Shown in pieces: positions 19,740 through 30,749 of a DNA stretch of 64,000 nt. Position 1 is the stretch's first letter. Each line of letters opens with the position of its first letter. Position numbers and translations under genes: made by a program. Where the stretch lies: positions 262-64,261 of the forward strand of contig JAQXMD010000055.1 in NCBI GenBank assembly GCA_029012465.1, written 5' to 3'. The notes beneath the pieces were generated by a model. That model saw nothing but the letters and a program-made list of their open reading frames with translations, ran no database searches and was not told the DNA's origin. This DNA is from Oscillospiraceae bacterium. GTDB taxonomy: Bacteria; Bacillota; Clostridia; Oscillospirales; Oscillospiraceae.

Positions 19740-20522
19740 ATGGCAACAAGAAGACTAAAAACAAAGGGGCTGTATAACGCCAGAGATCTGGGAGGATTCC
19801 CCACAAAGGACGGAAAGGTCACAAAATTCGGCGTGTTTATCCGCAGCGAAGCGCCTGTGGGCCTGCCGGAATCCGACATTGCCTATCTCAAGGCCTATGG
19901 CGTCACCGCCTCCATGGACCTTCGGAGCACCGGTGAAACAAAGGCGCGTCCCAGCGACCTGAAGGACGTGATGCCCTATTATCCCAGGAGCCTGTTCCAT
20001 GAGGCGGCGATCCCCGGGGCAGGGGAGGGGAAGCCCATGCCTCCCATGGAGAAAAAGGGCTGGGGAGCGCAGTACATCGATATGGCGGAATCCAGCCGGG
20101 ACTGGGCCATTGACGTATTGAATATCGCTGCGAACAACCCCGGAGCACTGCTGTATCACTGCACCACCGGCAAGGATCGGACGGGACTGCTCAGCTGCTA
20201 TCTTCTGTCCATTGCAGGAGTGCAGCGGCCTGACATTGCTGCGGACTACTGCGTCAGCCAGGTTTTTCTGGAGCCTGTCTATGAAAGGATGCGTTCCGGT
20301 TCCATCCAGATCGGGCCTCCTCCCGGCGATAAAAAAGGCCCCGCAGGCGGTCCCATGATGGATGAGAGCTTCTTTCAGACTCCTGCCTCGGCCATGCTGA
20401 CGCTGATCGATTATCTGACAAAAACCTATGGCGGCGTGGTGGAGTACCTGCAAGTAATCGGCGTGTCGGAGGAAACCATGGAGAAAATCCGGGAGAAATT
20501 CACCGAAGAGGATCGGCCCTGA
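19740..20522 (+). CDS. protein-tyrosine phosphatase family protein
   Basis: HCTTGKDRTG (CX5R) active-site loop; AAGGAG RBS. Confidence 0.8.
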   Translation: MATRRLKTKGLYNARDLGGFPTKDGKVTKFGVFIRSEAPVGLPESDIAYLKAYGVTASMDLRSTGETKARPSDLKDVMPYYPRSLFHEAAIPGAGEGKPMPPMEKKGWGAQYIDMAESSRDWAIDVLNIAANNPGALLYHCTTGKDRTGLLSCYLLSIAGVQRPDIAADYCVSQVFLEPVYERMRSGSIQIGPPPGDKKGPAGGPMMDESFFQTPASAMLTLIDYLTKTYGGVVEYLQVIGVSEETMEKIREKFTEEDRP

Positions 20523-20561
20523 TTGGCGGATCATACAACAGTAGAAAGAAGGCAGGGTATT

Positions 20562-21719
20562 ATGGATAGAAAACGAATCGCGGCAGGCGGCGCGGCGCTG
20601 CTGCTGTGTATCGGACTGCTTGCCGGATGCGGGACCTCTCATCGGTCGCAGCTGGAATCCTCGGAGGAGGAGCCGGAGCGCTTTGCTCCGGAATACAGCC
20701 CGGTGATCCCCTCAGATAACCAGACTGTGGTCATGCCGGAGCTGGAGCGTCCCGAACAGCTGGTGGGCGACAGAGAAGTGACTGAGCTGTACAAGAGCAG
20801 CTTCTTGGGCCTGTGGGATACAGACGATGGGGCGAAGATCTTTGAGTTCAAGAAAAATGAAAATCTGGTGATATGGAAGGCCGATGGCTCTGCCTGGGAG
20901 AACTATACCTACTGGTTCCAGGAGGATGATGGCCAGCCCAGACTGTATGTATTCCGGAACGGGGACACAGAGGCAACGGTTTTCAGCTTTACCTGTGGCC
21001 CGGACTCCGTCAGTCTGTTCAGCCCTGACAGCGGTGATGTGCAATACCGGCTGACCCGGAGAACCGCTGCCGTTCCGGGACAGGGCGCAGATGAGCCGGA
21101 AAAGGCCCCGGAATCACAAGCCCCGGCGCCCACCCAGACGCCTGCGGCAACACCCACTGCCGTGCCCAGTGTTCAGCCCTCGGAGCCTGCCGTTTCCCCG
21201 GAGCCTTCGGTGGAACCCTCCGGTGAACCCAGCCAGTCCCCCGAGCCTTCTGCGGAGCCAGCCCCCTCGGCATCCCCGGAACCGGAGCTGTCTGAGACTG
21301 TGAAAAAGGCCATGCCCGCCATTGAGTGTGCCATGGATGTGGTGCTGTCCGGGTACGGATTTGATCCCCAAAACGAAGATTCCTATTGGGCGATCATGGC
21401 CAGATATCTGTCCAGATCCAGTCGTGCAGATGAATCCGGACGCTTCACCGTCAGCCGGGAGGAGCTGGAAGGCGCTTCCCGGGAGGTCTTTGCGGACTTC
21501 ACCGAAGTACCCCTTTGTCCAGAGGATTCTCCGTTTGTCACGGAGGAGCCCACGGAAGAGGACTCCGTTTCCTACCGGATTCTGTGGGGAGCACCTGCTG
21601 ATTGTGAAATGACAGTTCTGTCCTGTGAGGGGAATACCCTCCGGGTGTCTGTGGGCGGCGCAGCCTATCAGATCGTGGTGAATGACTCCGGCGCAATTGT
21701 TTCTGTAACAGCGGAGTGA
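20562..21719 (+). CDS. lipoprotein with P/E/S-rich linker, unknown function
   Basis: MDRKRIAAGGAALLLCIGLLAGCG lipobox; low-complexity PEPSVEPSGEPSQSPEPSAEP linker. Confidence 0.65.
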   Translation: MDRKRIAAGGAALLLCIGLLAGCGTSHRSQLESSEEEPERFAPEYSPVIPSDNQTVVMPELERPEQLVGDREVTELYKSSFLGLWDTDDGAKIFEFKKNENLVIWKADGSAWENYTYWFQEDDGQPRLYVFRNGDTEATVFSFTCGPDSVSLFSPDSGDVQYRLTRRTAAVPGQGADEPEKAPESQAPAPTQTPAATPTAVPSVQPSEPAVSPEPSVEPSGEPSQSPEPSAEPAPSASPEPELSETVKKAMPAIECAMDVVLSGYGFDPQNEDSYWAIMARYLSRSSRADESGRFTVSREELEGASREVFADFTEVPLCPEDSPFVTEEPTEEDSVSYRILWGAPADCEMTVLSCEGNTLRVSVGGAAYQIVVNDSGAIVSVTAE

Positions 21720-21825
21720 TAGGCGGGAAACGACCACGGAATGCGCCTTCCTTTGGACGGCGAACCCCTGACAGCGGAGAAATCCCGCTGCCGGAAAATA
21801 AGGAAAGTAGAAAGAGAAGTGAACC

Positions 21826-22803
21826 ATGGCAATTGCGTATGTGATAACCAGTCTGATCGGACTGCTCCTGATGATTCCCAGCTTCCTTGTGGGAAAACAG
21901 CGAAGCCGCACATTGATCCTGTTATCGTTTTTTGTATTTTTGGCCAACCTTGGGTGGCTTTTGACGACTCAGGCGAATTCCCTCGAAACTGCGCTGATGG
22001 CAAACCGAATTGCATATCTGGGCAACGTGTTCTTGCCCCTGTGCCTGCTGCTGCTGATCGGGGAGCAATGCGGAATGCCCTTTTGCCGCAGCCTGAAGGG
22101 GGTGCTGATTGGATTCAGCCTGTTGGTATTTCTGGTGACGGCAAGCCCCGGCTACTCCACCGTGTACTACAGTACAGTAGACTTCAAAATCGTGGCCGGA
22201 AGTGCCCGGCTGATCCGGGAATATGGCCTACTTCATAATATGTATTATCTGTATCTGTTCGGGTACTTTGGCGGAATGCTGGCGGTAATCCTGCTTTCTG
22301 CACGGAAAGGAAGCTCCAACAGCCTCCAGCAGTTGTTCCTGCTTTCCGTCGTCCTTGGAAATGTGATGATCTGGCTTGTGGAACAGTTTATTCCCAGAGA
22401 GTTTGAGTTTCTGTCCATATCCTATCTGCTGTCTGAGACGTTGCTGCTTCTGCTGTTGGGGATTCTGGCACAGCAAACCCCGGCGGAGCAGCCTGAACAT
22501 ATCTCTTCGGAAATGGAACAACCGCTGCCGGAGGCAACGAAATTGGTCCGGACAGAGGAGGATACCACGCTGACGCCGGAGCGGATCGAAGCGCTGCTGC
22601 TGCGATGTGAAGCGGAATACCAGCTGTCCCCGAGAGAAAAGGATGTGCTTCGCTGCCTTCTGACCAGCAAAAAGCGGAAGGACATCGCGGAGGAGCTGTA
22701 TGTGACAGAGAGTACCATCAAAAAGTATACCACCCAGATTTACCGGAAACTGTCTGTATCAAGTCGTATGGAGCTGTATTTGAAGCTCAATGATAAAATG
22801 TAA
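21826..22803 (+). CDS. membrane-embedded LuxR-family transcriptional regulator
   Basis: About 6 N-terminal TM helices and a C-terminal LuxR helix-turn-helix (LSPREKDVLRCLLTSKKRKDIAEELYVTESTIKKYTTQIYRKL). Confidence 0.8.
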   Translation: MAIAYVITSLIGLLLMIPSFLVGKQRSRTLILLSFFVFLANLGWLLTTQANSLETALMANRIAYLGNVFLPLCLLLLIGEQCGMPFCRSLKGVLIGFSLLVFLVTASPGYSTVYYSTVDFKIVAGSARLIREYGLLHNMYYLYLFGYFGGMLAVILLSARKGSSNSLQQLFLLSVVLGNVMIWLVEQFIPREFEFLSISYLLSETLLLLLLGILAQQTPAEQPEHISSEMEQPLPEATKLVRTEEDTTLTPERIEALLLRCEAEYQLSPREKDVLRCLLTSKKRKDIAEELYVTESTIKKYTTQIYRKLSVSSRMELYLKLNDKM

Positions 22804-22834
22804 AATTAAGGTAAAACTGTTGGGATTGCGGGAA

Positions 22835-22852
22835 AGTAGCCAGTTGGCTACT
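22835..22852. promoter_or_regulatory. 18-bp near-perfect palindrome AGTAGCCAGTTGGCTACT upstream of the SPFH cluster
   Basis: Lies between the LuxR stop and an extended -10 (TGgTACAAT, 22872-22880). No T-run follows, so it is more likely an operator than a terminator. Confidence 0.35.
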
Positions 22853-22920
22853 ATGAAAAACCCGTGAAAAATGGTACAATGCAGACGCAAACCTGTAATT
22901 ATGAAAAGGAGAAATGAATT

Positions 22921-24351
22921 ATGGGACTTATTCGTGCAGCGATGGGTTCTGCCGGCGGCGTGCTAGCCGACCAGTGGAAGGAATATTTTTACTGTGAATC
23001 CATCCCTGAAACCGTTCTGGTTGTGAAGGGTAAAAAGCGTACCTCCGGCCGCTCCAGCAATACAAAGGGCAGCGACAATATCATCACGAACGGCTCTGTC
23101 ATCGCGATTGCTGACGGCCAGTGCATGATGATCGTGGATCAGGGCAAGGTGGTGGAACTCTGCGCCGAGCCCGGAGAATTTACATTCGATGCTTCTACGG
23201 AGCCCTCTATCTTCTCCGGCGATCTGAGCACCAGTATTGTGGAGACCTTCAAGACTATGGGCAAGCGCTTCACCTTTGGCGGCGAAGCCCCCAAGGATCA
23301 GCGGGTTTACTACTTTAATATCAAAGAGCTGGTTGGCAACAAATACGGCACACCTTCTCCGGTGCCTTTCCGTGTTGTGGACAACAACATCGGGCTGGAT
23401 ATGGACATTTCCATCCGCTGCTTCGGCGAGTACAGCTACCGGATCTGCAATCCCATGCTGTTCTATGCAAATGTCTGCGGCAATGTGGCTGAGGATTATC
23501 CCAGATCCAAGCTGGAGGGACAGCTGAAAACAGAGCTTCTCACTGCCCTGCAGCCTGCCTTTGCAAAGATCTCTGAAATGGGCATCCGCTATTCCGCGCT
23601 GCCCGGTCACACCATGGAGCTGGCTTCCGCACTCAACGATGTGCTGTCTGCCAAGTGGCGGGATCTTCGCGGCCTGGAGATCGTTTCCTTCGGTGTGTCC
23701 TCTGTGAAGGCCAACGAAGAAGACGAGCAGATGATCAAGGAGCTCCAGCGGAATGCCACCGACCGGAACCCCACGATGGCAGCTGCCACGCTGGGGGGTG
23801 CACAGGCACAGGCCATGCAGGATGCAGCCAAAAATCAGGGCGGCGCAGCCATGGCCTTCATGGGCATGAATATGGCCGGTCAGATGGGCGGCATGAACGC
23901 CCAGAATCTGTTCCAGATGGGACAGCAGCCCCAGTACCAGCAGCCTGCTCCCCAGCCTCAGCCTGCGCCCGCACCGGCAGCTCCCGCTGCTGACAGCTGG
24001 ACCTGCTCCTGCGGCAATGTGGCCACCGGAAAGTTCTGCCCCGAGTGCGGAGCAAAGAAGCCTGAGCCCAAGCCTGCCGACAGCTGGACCTGTTCCTGCG
24101 GCAATGTTGTCACCGGAAAGTTCTGCCCCGAGTGCGGCGCAAAGAAGCACGAGCCACAGCCCGATGGCTGGACCTGCTCCTGCGCCGCGGGGAACAAGGG
24201 GAAATTCTGCGCGGAATGCGGCGCAAAGAAGCCTGCCGGTGTTCCGCAGTATAAGTGCGACAAGTGCGGCTGGGAGCCTGTCGACAAGACCCATCCTCCC
24301 AAGTTCTGCCCGGAGTGCGGCGATCCCTTTGACGACGGCGATCTTGTCTGA
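22921..24351 (+). CDS. SPFH/Band-7-like protein (YdjI/COG4260-like) with four C-terminal zinc ribbons
   Basis: The N-terminal ~290 aa resemble the COG4260 stomatin/prohibitin-like family. A Q/P/A linker is followed by 4 CxxC...CxxC units. AAAGGAG RBS. Confidence 0.7.
   Translation: MGLIRAAMGSAGGVLADQWKEYFYCESIPETVLVVKGKKRTSGRSSNTKGSDNIITNGSVIAIADGQCMMIVDQGKVVELCAEPGEFTFDASTEPSIFSGDLSTSIVETFKTMGKRFTFGGEAPKDQRVYYFNIKELVGNKYGTPSPVPFRVVDNNIGLDMDISIRCFGEYSYRICNPMLFYANVCGNVAEDYPRSKLEGQLKTELLTALQPAFAKISEMGIRYSALPGHTMELASALNDVLSAKWRDLRGLEIVSFGVSSVKANEEDEQMIKELQRNATDRNPTMAAATLGGAQAQAMQDAAKNQGGAAMAFMGMNMAGQMGGMNAQNLFQMGQQPQYQQPAPQPQPAPAPAAPAADSWTCSCGNVATGKFCPECGAKKPEPKPADSWTCSCGNVVTGKFCPECGAKKHEPQPDGWTCSCAAGNKGKFCAECGAKKPAGVPQYKCDKCGWEPVDKTHPPKFCPECGDPFDDGDLV
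23992..24348 (+). repeat. tandem 84-87-bp repeats encoding zinc-ribbon units (D[SG]WTCSCG..GKFCPECGAKK)
   Basis: Units start at 23992, 24079 and 24163; a fourth, diverged unit runs to the stop. Confidence 0.85.
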
Positions 24352-24395
24352 CAGAAAAACGGGAACCCCAATCCTGACGAGAAAGGATGATTTCC

Positions 24396-25178
24396 ATGGG
24401 ACTGTTTGGAAAACTGTTTGATAAAAAGGTCTGCGACATTTGCGGCGGAGAAATTGGCCTTCTTGGAAACAAAAAGCTTGAGGACGGCAACTGCTGCAAG
24501 GAGTGCGTGAAGAAGCTCTCTCCCTGGTTCAGTGACCGCCGCCACTCCACTGTGGAGAGCATCAAGGCGCAGATTGAATACCGGGAGGAAAACAAGGCTG
24601 CTGTGGCTGCCTTCCACACCACAAAAACCCTGGGCAGAAACATCAAGGTGCTGCTGGACGAGGATCAGCAGAAGTTCATGGTTACATCAGCCAAAAACAT
24701 TTCTGAGGCGAATCCCGATGTGCTGGATTTCGCACAGGTGACTGGCTGTGATCTGGACGTTGACGAGAACCGCACCGAGCAGATGCGGGAGGTCAAGCAG
24801 CAGGATGGCACCACCAAGCGCGTGAGCTATGTTCCGCCCAGATACACCTATTCCTACAACTTCAAGATGACCATTCACGTGAACCACCCCTACTTTGACG
24901 AGATGCGGTTCGATCTCAACAACAGCAGCGTTAAGATCGAGCATGAGGGCAGGTACCCCATTGGGGATCCGGCGGCGGTCAGCGTGGACTATAGGGAGTG
25001 CGAGCGCATGGGTCAGGAGATCAAACGAGTTCTGACTCAGGCGCAGAGCCGTGTTCGCCGGGAGACAGCAGCTGCCGCAAAGCCAAAGGCTGCTGTGACC
25101 TGCCCCTGGTGCGGGGCTACCACAACGCCGGATGCCTCCGGCTGTTGTGAGTATTGCGGCGGCAGCGTCAACGGCTGA
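24396..25178 (+). CDS. DUF4428-like zinc-binding protein with C-terminal zinc ribbon
   Basis: MGLFGKLFDKKVCDICGGEIGLLGNKKLEDGNCCKECVKKLSPWF; C-terminal CPWCG...CEYCGG. ATG at 24396, 8 nt after GAAAGGA. Confidence 0.65.
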   Translation: MGLFGKLFDKKVCDICGGEIGLLGNKKLEDGNCCKECVKKLSPWFSDRRHSTVESIKAQIEYREENKAAVAAFHTTKTLGRNIKVLLDEDQQKFMVTSAKNISEANPDVLDFAQVTGCDLDVDENRTEQMREVKQQDGTTKRVSYVPPRYTYSYNFKMTIHVNHPYFDEMRFDLNNSSVKIEHEGRYPIGDPAAVSVDYRECERMGQEIKRVLTQAQSRVRRETAAAAKPKAAVTCPWCGATTTPDASGCCEYCGGSVNG

Positions 25179-25206
25179 CACTATGACTAAGAGAGGAAAA
25201 TGTGAT

Positions 25207-25560
25207 ATGAAAAAAGTAATGGCGCTAATTCTGGCAATGGCAATGCTCCTGTCCCTTGCGGCCTGCGGCGGCAAGGCGGAGACGAACGATGCTGGTAAGT
25301 ACATGCTCACCTCCATGAAGGATGGCGATGACGTCATTGATCTGGAGACCCTTCAGCTCATTGGCGCAGATGGCTGGTATCTGGAGCTGAAAGAGGACGG
25401 CACCGGCACCCTGTTTCTGGGTGATGACGACATCACCGAGCTGAAGTGGCAAGACGGCGTTCTGAAAGCTGATGGCGACAGACTGGAGTACACCCGTGAG
25501 GGCGACACCATTACGTTGGCGGTTGAAGAGTCTTCCCTGACCTTTACCCTGACGGATTGA
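25207..25560 (+). CDS. small lipoprotein, truncated paralogue of the next gene
   Basis: MKKVMALILAMAMLLSLAACGG lipobox. Colinear with the N-terminal domain of 25666-27459. Ends at a TGA that aligns with GGA in the paralogue. Confidence 0.6.
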   Translation: MKKVMALILAMAMLLSLAACGGKAETNDAGKYMLTSMKDGDDVIDLETLQLIGADGWYLELKEDGTGTLFLGDDDITELKWQDGVLKADGDRLEYTREGDTITLAVEESSLTFTLTD

Positions 25561-25665
25561 GAGACTCCGGCGGTTTCTCCAGCACCTGAAACAGTGGATG
25601 AGCCTGAGACGGAGGAACCCGAACCTTTGGATGATGAACGATTAATTGAGAAAGGATAATTTGAG

Positions 25666-27459
25666 ATGAAAAGAGTTCTTGCATTGCTTCTGGCAATGGT
25701 CCTGCTTCTGTCTCTTGCGGCCTGCGGCGGCGAGGCAGAGGGAAGCGCATCCTCTGAAGTGGAGGAGAGCGACGCTGGTTTGTACATGCTCACCTCCATG
25801 AAGGATGGTGAAGAAGAAATTGATCTGGAGACTCTTCAGATGATCGGCGCAGACAGCTGGTATCTGGAGCTGAGAGAAGACGGCACCGGAACCCTGTATC
25901 TGGGTGAAGACAACATCACCGAGCTGAAGTGGAGAAACGGCGTACTGAAAGCCGATGGCGACAGACTGGAGTACACCCGCGAGGGCGACACCATTACGCT
26001 GGCGGTTGAGGAGTCTTCCCTGACCTTTACCCTTACAAATGGAGAGGCTCCGGCAGCTTCAGCAGCACCTGAAGCAGTGGATGAGCCTGAGCCGGAAGAA
26101 CCCGAATCTGTGGACGAACCCACAGAGCCTGAGACTGCTTATGAGGGAACCCTTGTGGAGACTTCCCTGTTCTCCTTTGTCTATGGCGACGAGTGGACCT
26201 TTGATCCTGAAGACGATCTCAGTGATTATGAGGACTATGTCTATGCATCGCCCCAGATTCCCGATCCCGAAAATGACTGGGATCTGGTCTATGTGAACAT
26301 TGAGGTGAACCTCAATGAGCCCAATGACTTCGCCTATAGCATGTACAACGAGGACATGGAGGCCTACAAGGCCGTTGTAGAGGGCGCCTATGAGGTCAGA
26401 AACATCGGCGGTATCGACTTCTGGGTTTCTCCCGATGATTCCTACAGCGTAGAGTATTTCGGCTATGACGCTGAGGCAAATGCGTTCATTGATATCTATG
26501 TCAGTGAAGCAGAGGAACTGGAGCGTGTGGACTCCCTGCTGAATTCCATCCAGTGGAACTTTGCTCCCTACTCCGGAGATGTAACTCCCTGGTACTGGGA
26601 GGGCGAAGCCTACTCCGTGGCCGAGCACACCACCACTGCCGGCGGCTTCACTGTCACCAGCAAGCTGCTGCCCAATGATGTGGCTTTCCCCACCTATGAC
26701 ATCTTCGGCTCCCGTGTGGCCGTAAACGGCGACACCTACTATGTGCTGGACGACGGCGTGATTGAGGTGTATACCCGCAGCGGCGATGAACTGACCTTTG
26801 TGGAGAATATGGAGCTTCCCTTTGAGCCTGATGAGTTCTTTGTGGATGCCGACGGCGCAGTTATCATCTCCAGCGCCTTTGAAGATCCGGTCCGCATTGA
26901 CAGCGGCACTGAGACCACCATTGCCACAGACGTGGATACCGTCACCGTGCATCCCTCCGGTGCATGGGGCGTTGGCTGGTTCCTTGACGCTGAGGTCAAG
27001 AAGGTGGAGCTGGATACCGGCGCAGTCACGACGGTAACACTGTCTGGTCTGGATTCTGTTTCCCACGTGATGCTTACGGACAATTACGTTGTGGTTTCCG
27101 GTACCAGTGTTGATGAAGAGGTCGGAGCCTGCCTGAAGATTTATGATCTGGAGTTCAATGAGATCGCTGAGCTCAATGACACCAACACCACCACCGATTA
27201 CTACGGCAGTGTGTCTGCGGCTGTTGAGACGGACAATGGCCTGATGATCTTCGACGGCAACATGCGTGATGTGTACTTCCTGGATACCAACTGTGATCTG
27301 CTGGCAGCTGTGGATATGAACGAAATGTTCGGCACCGATTATCCCTGGCCCTCCGGAGCCATCGCACTGGATGACGGCAGCGTCATTGTCTGCATGACCG
27401 ACGAGCGCCCGGACGAATCCTGCGATGAGACCCTGCTGTTCCAGGTGACTGGTTTCTGA
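25666..27459 (+). CDS. lipoprotein, N-terminal lipocalin-like module plus ~450-aa C-terminal domain
   Basis: MKRVLALLLAMVLLLSLAACGG lipobox; acidic PE-rich linker; GAAAGGA RBS. Confidence 0.7.
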   Translation: MKRVLALLLAMVLLLSLAACGGEAEGSASSEVEESDAGLYMLTSMKDGEEEIDLETLQMIGADSWYLELREDGTGTLYLGEDNITELKWRNGVLKADGDRLEYTREGDTITLAVEESSLTFTLTNGEAPAASAAPEAVDEPEPEEPESVDEPTEPETAYEGTLVETSLFSFVYGDEWTFDPEDDLSDYEDYVYASPQIPDPENDWDLVYVNIEVNLNEPNDFAYSMYNEDMEAYKAVVEGAYEVRNIGGIDFWVSPDDSYSVEYFGYDAEANAFIDIYVSEAEELERVDSLLNSIQWNFAPYSGDVTPWYWEGEAYSVAEHTTTAGGFTVTSKLLPNDVAFPTYDIFGSRVAVNGDTYYVLDDGVIEVYTRSGDELTFVENMELPFEPDEFFVDADGAVIISSAFEDPVRIDSGTETTIATDVDTVTVHPSGAWGVGWFLDAEVKKVELDTGAVTTVTLSGLDSVSHVMLTDNYVVVSGTSVDEEVGACLKIYDLEFNEIAELNDTNTTTDYYGSVSAAVETDNGLMIFDGNMRDVYFLDTNCDLLAAVDMNEMFGTDYPWPSGAIALDDGSVIVCMTDERPDESCDETLLFQVTGF

Positions 27460-27548
27460 TTTCAATTTCGTAAATGCATTGCCGGGGCGGATTCACTGCT
27501 CCGGCAATGGTTCTGTCAGTATTTCCAACATGAACGGGAGGTTACATA

Positions 27549-28676
27549 ATGGCAACTCAGGTTACAAACTATCAGTGTCCGGCCTGTACTGGCCCCCTGC
27601 ATTTTGAGGGCACCTCAGGCAGGCTGGAATGCGAATACTGCGGCAGCTCCTTTGCCGTAGAAGAAATTGAGGCAATGTATGCCCAAAAGGAGGAAAAGGC
27701 GAAGGAGAGCTTTCAGCAGGCCCAGGAAACGGCGCAGCAACCCCAGGAAAACGCTGCCGAGGACCAGTGGACAATGGAAAGCAGCGACTGGACAGCGGAG
27801 GAGGCTGCGGGCATGCGGGCATACAGCTGTCCCTCCTGCGGTGCAGAGATCATCTGCGATCAAAATACCGCCGCAACCTCCTGCCTGTACTGCGGCAACC
27901 CCACAGTGGTGCCCGGACAGTTCAGCGGTGCGCTGAAGCCTGATTTCATCATTCCCTTCAAGCTGGAGAAGGACCAGGCTGTTCAGAATCTGAAAAAATA
28001 CTACAAGGGCAAGCGTTTCCTGCCCAAGGCCTTTACCGATGGAAACCATATCGAGGAGCTTCAGGGAGTGTATGTGCCCTTCTGGCTCTTTGATGGCAGT
28101 TCCAATGGCTACGCCGCCTATGACGGAACCCGAACCCACACCCATGTTGAGGGAGATTACCGGGTCACCAAAACAGACCATTACCTTGTGGAGCGTTCCG
28201 GCGTTCTGAAGTTCAAGCGGGTTCCCGTGGATGGCTCCACCAAGATGCCCGATGCCCACATGGATGCCATCGAGCCCTTTGACTATAACGAGCTGAAGCC
28301 CTTCTCCACGGCATATCTCCCCGGGAAGCTGGCTGACAAGTACGACCAGACTGCGGAGCAGTGCAAGAGCCGTGCCGTGAGCCGGGTCAAGAATTCCACG
28401 GAGGAAATGCTCCGGGAAACTGTCACCGGCTATGAGGCGGTCCACAAGACCAGATTCGATGCCAATGTGACTCAGGGACAGGTCAAATATGCCATGCTTC
28501 CCGTCTGGATGCTCCATACCAAGTGGAAGGACAAGAGCTATCTGTTTGCCATGAACGGACAGACCGGAAAGCTCATCGGCGATCTGCCAGTGTCCGGGGG
28601 GAAGGTCGCTGCGTGGATGGCAGGTATTTCCGTTCCGCTAATGGCGATTCTGGCAGTTTTGCTGCTGATACTGTAA
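27549..28676 (+). CDS. double zinc-ribbon protein with C-terminal TM anchor (YdjG-like)
   Basis: YQCPACTG...CEYCGS and YSCPSCGA...CLYCGN; C-terminal TM helix VAAWMAGISVPLMAILAVLLLIL; GGGAGG RBS. Confidence 0.65.
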   Translation: MATQVTNYQCPACTGPLHFEGTSGRLECEYCGSSFAVEEIEAMYAQKEEKAKESFQQAQETAQQPQENAAEDQWTMESSDWTAEEAAGMRAYSCPSCGAEIICDQNTAATSCLYCGNPTVVPGQFSGALKPDFIIPFKLEKDQAVQNLKKYYKGKRFLPKAFTDGNHIEELQGVYVPFWLFDGSSNGYAAYDGTRTHTHVEGDYRVTKTDHYLVERSGVLKFKRVPVDGSTKMPDAHMDAIEPFDYNELKPFSTAYLPGKLADKYDQTAEQCKSRAVSRVKNSTEEMLRETVTGYEAVHKTRFDANVTQGQVKYAMLPVWMLHTKWKDKSYLFAMNGQTGKLIGDLPVSGGKVAAWMAGISVPLMAILAVLLLIL

Positions 28677-28690
28677 GGGAGGGAATGACC

Positions 28691-30151
<1,461 letters not shown>

Positions 30152-30173
30152 TTCTTTTCCACAAAATAATAAG

Positions 30174-30228
30174 GGCTGTGAAGTCCGGGAGAAGTGACCA
30201 TCTCCTGTGCTTCGCAGCCTCTTTTCTT
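30174..30228 (+). terminator. intrinsic terminator after the TPM gene
   Basis: GGCTGTGAAG...CTTCGCAGCC with an inner GGAGA/TCTCC stem, followed by TCTTTTCTT. Confidence 0.6.
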
Positions 30229-30283
30229 GTGTGTCCGGCGTGGGCAATGGGCTTGCGGAGGATAAATGAGCCTCCGAACGATC

Positions 30284-30319
30284 AAAAAAATACCGCCGTT
30301 CCAACCGGAACGGCGGTAT
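30284..30319 (-). terminator. intrinsic terminator after rplL
   Basis: ATACCGCCGTTCC-GGTT-GGAACGGCGGTAT followed by T7 on the minus strand. Confidence 0.85.
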
Positions 30320-30332
30320 GGTAGAAGCAAAA

Positions 30333-30710
30333 TTACTTCATCTCAGCCTCAGCGCCAGCTTCCTTCAGCTTGGCGATCATGCCCTCAGCGTCAGCCTTGG
30401 CAACAGCCTCCTTGACGTTAGCGGGAGCGCCGTCAACCAGAGCCTTAGCCTCCTTCAGACCCAGACCGGTCAGCTCACGGACAACCTTGATGACAGCGAT
30501 CTTGTTGGCACCAACAGAAGTCAGGACAACGTCAAACTCGGTCTTCTCCTCCTCAGCGGGAGCAGCAGCGGCAGCGCCAGCAGCGGGAGCAGCGGCAGCA
30601 GCAGCGGAAACACCGAACTCCTCCTCCAGAGCGTGAACCAGCTCAGCGAGCTCGAGCACGGAGAGAGTCTTAACTTCTTCAATCATAGCAGTAATCTTTT
30701 CACTAGCCAT
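30333..30710 (-). CDS. rplL: 50S ribosomal protein L7/L12
   Basis: 125 aa, [25 protein letters not shown]... Confidence 0.95.
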   Translation of the reverse strand: MASEKITAMIEEVKTLSVLELAELVHALEEEFGVSAAAAAAPAAGAAAAAPAEEEKTEFDVVLTSVGANKIAVIKVVRELTGLGLKEAKALVDGAPANVKEAVAKADAEGMIAKLKEAGAEAEMK

Positions 30711-30749
30711 TGTAATGAACCTCCAATTTTAAGAATAAAATAATATGAA

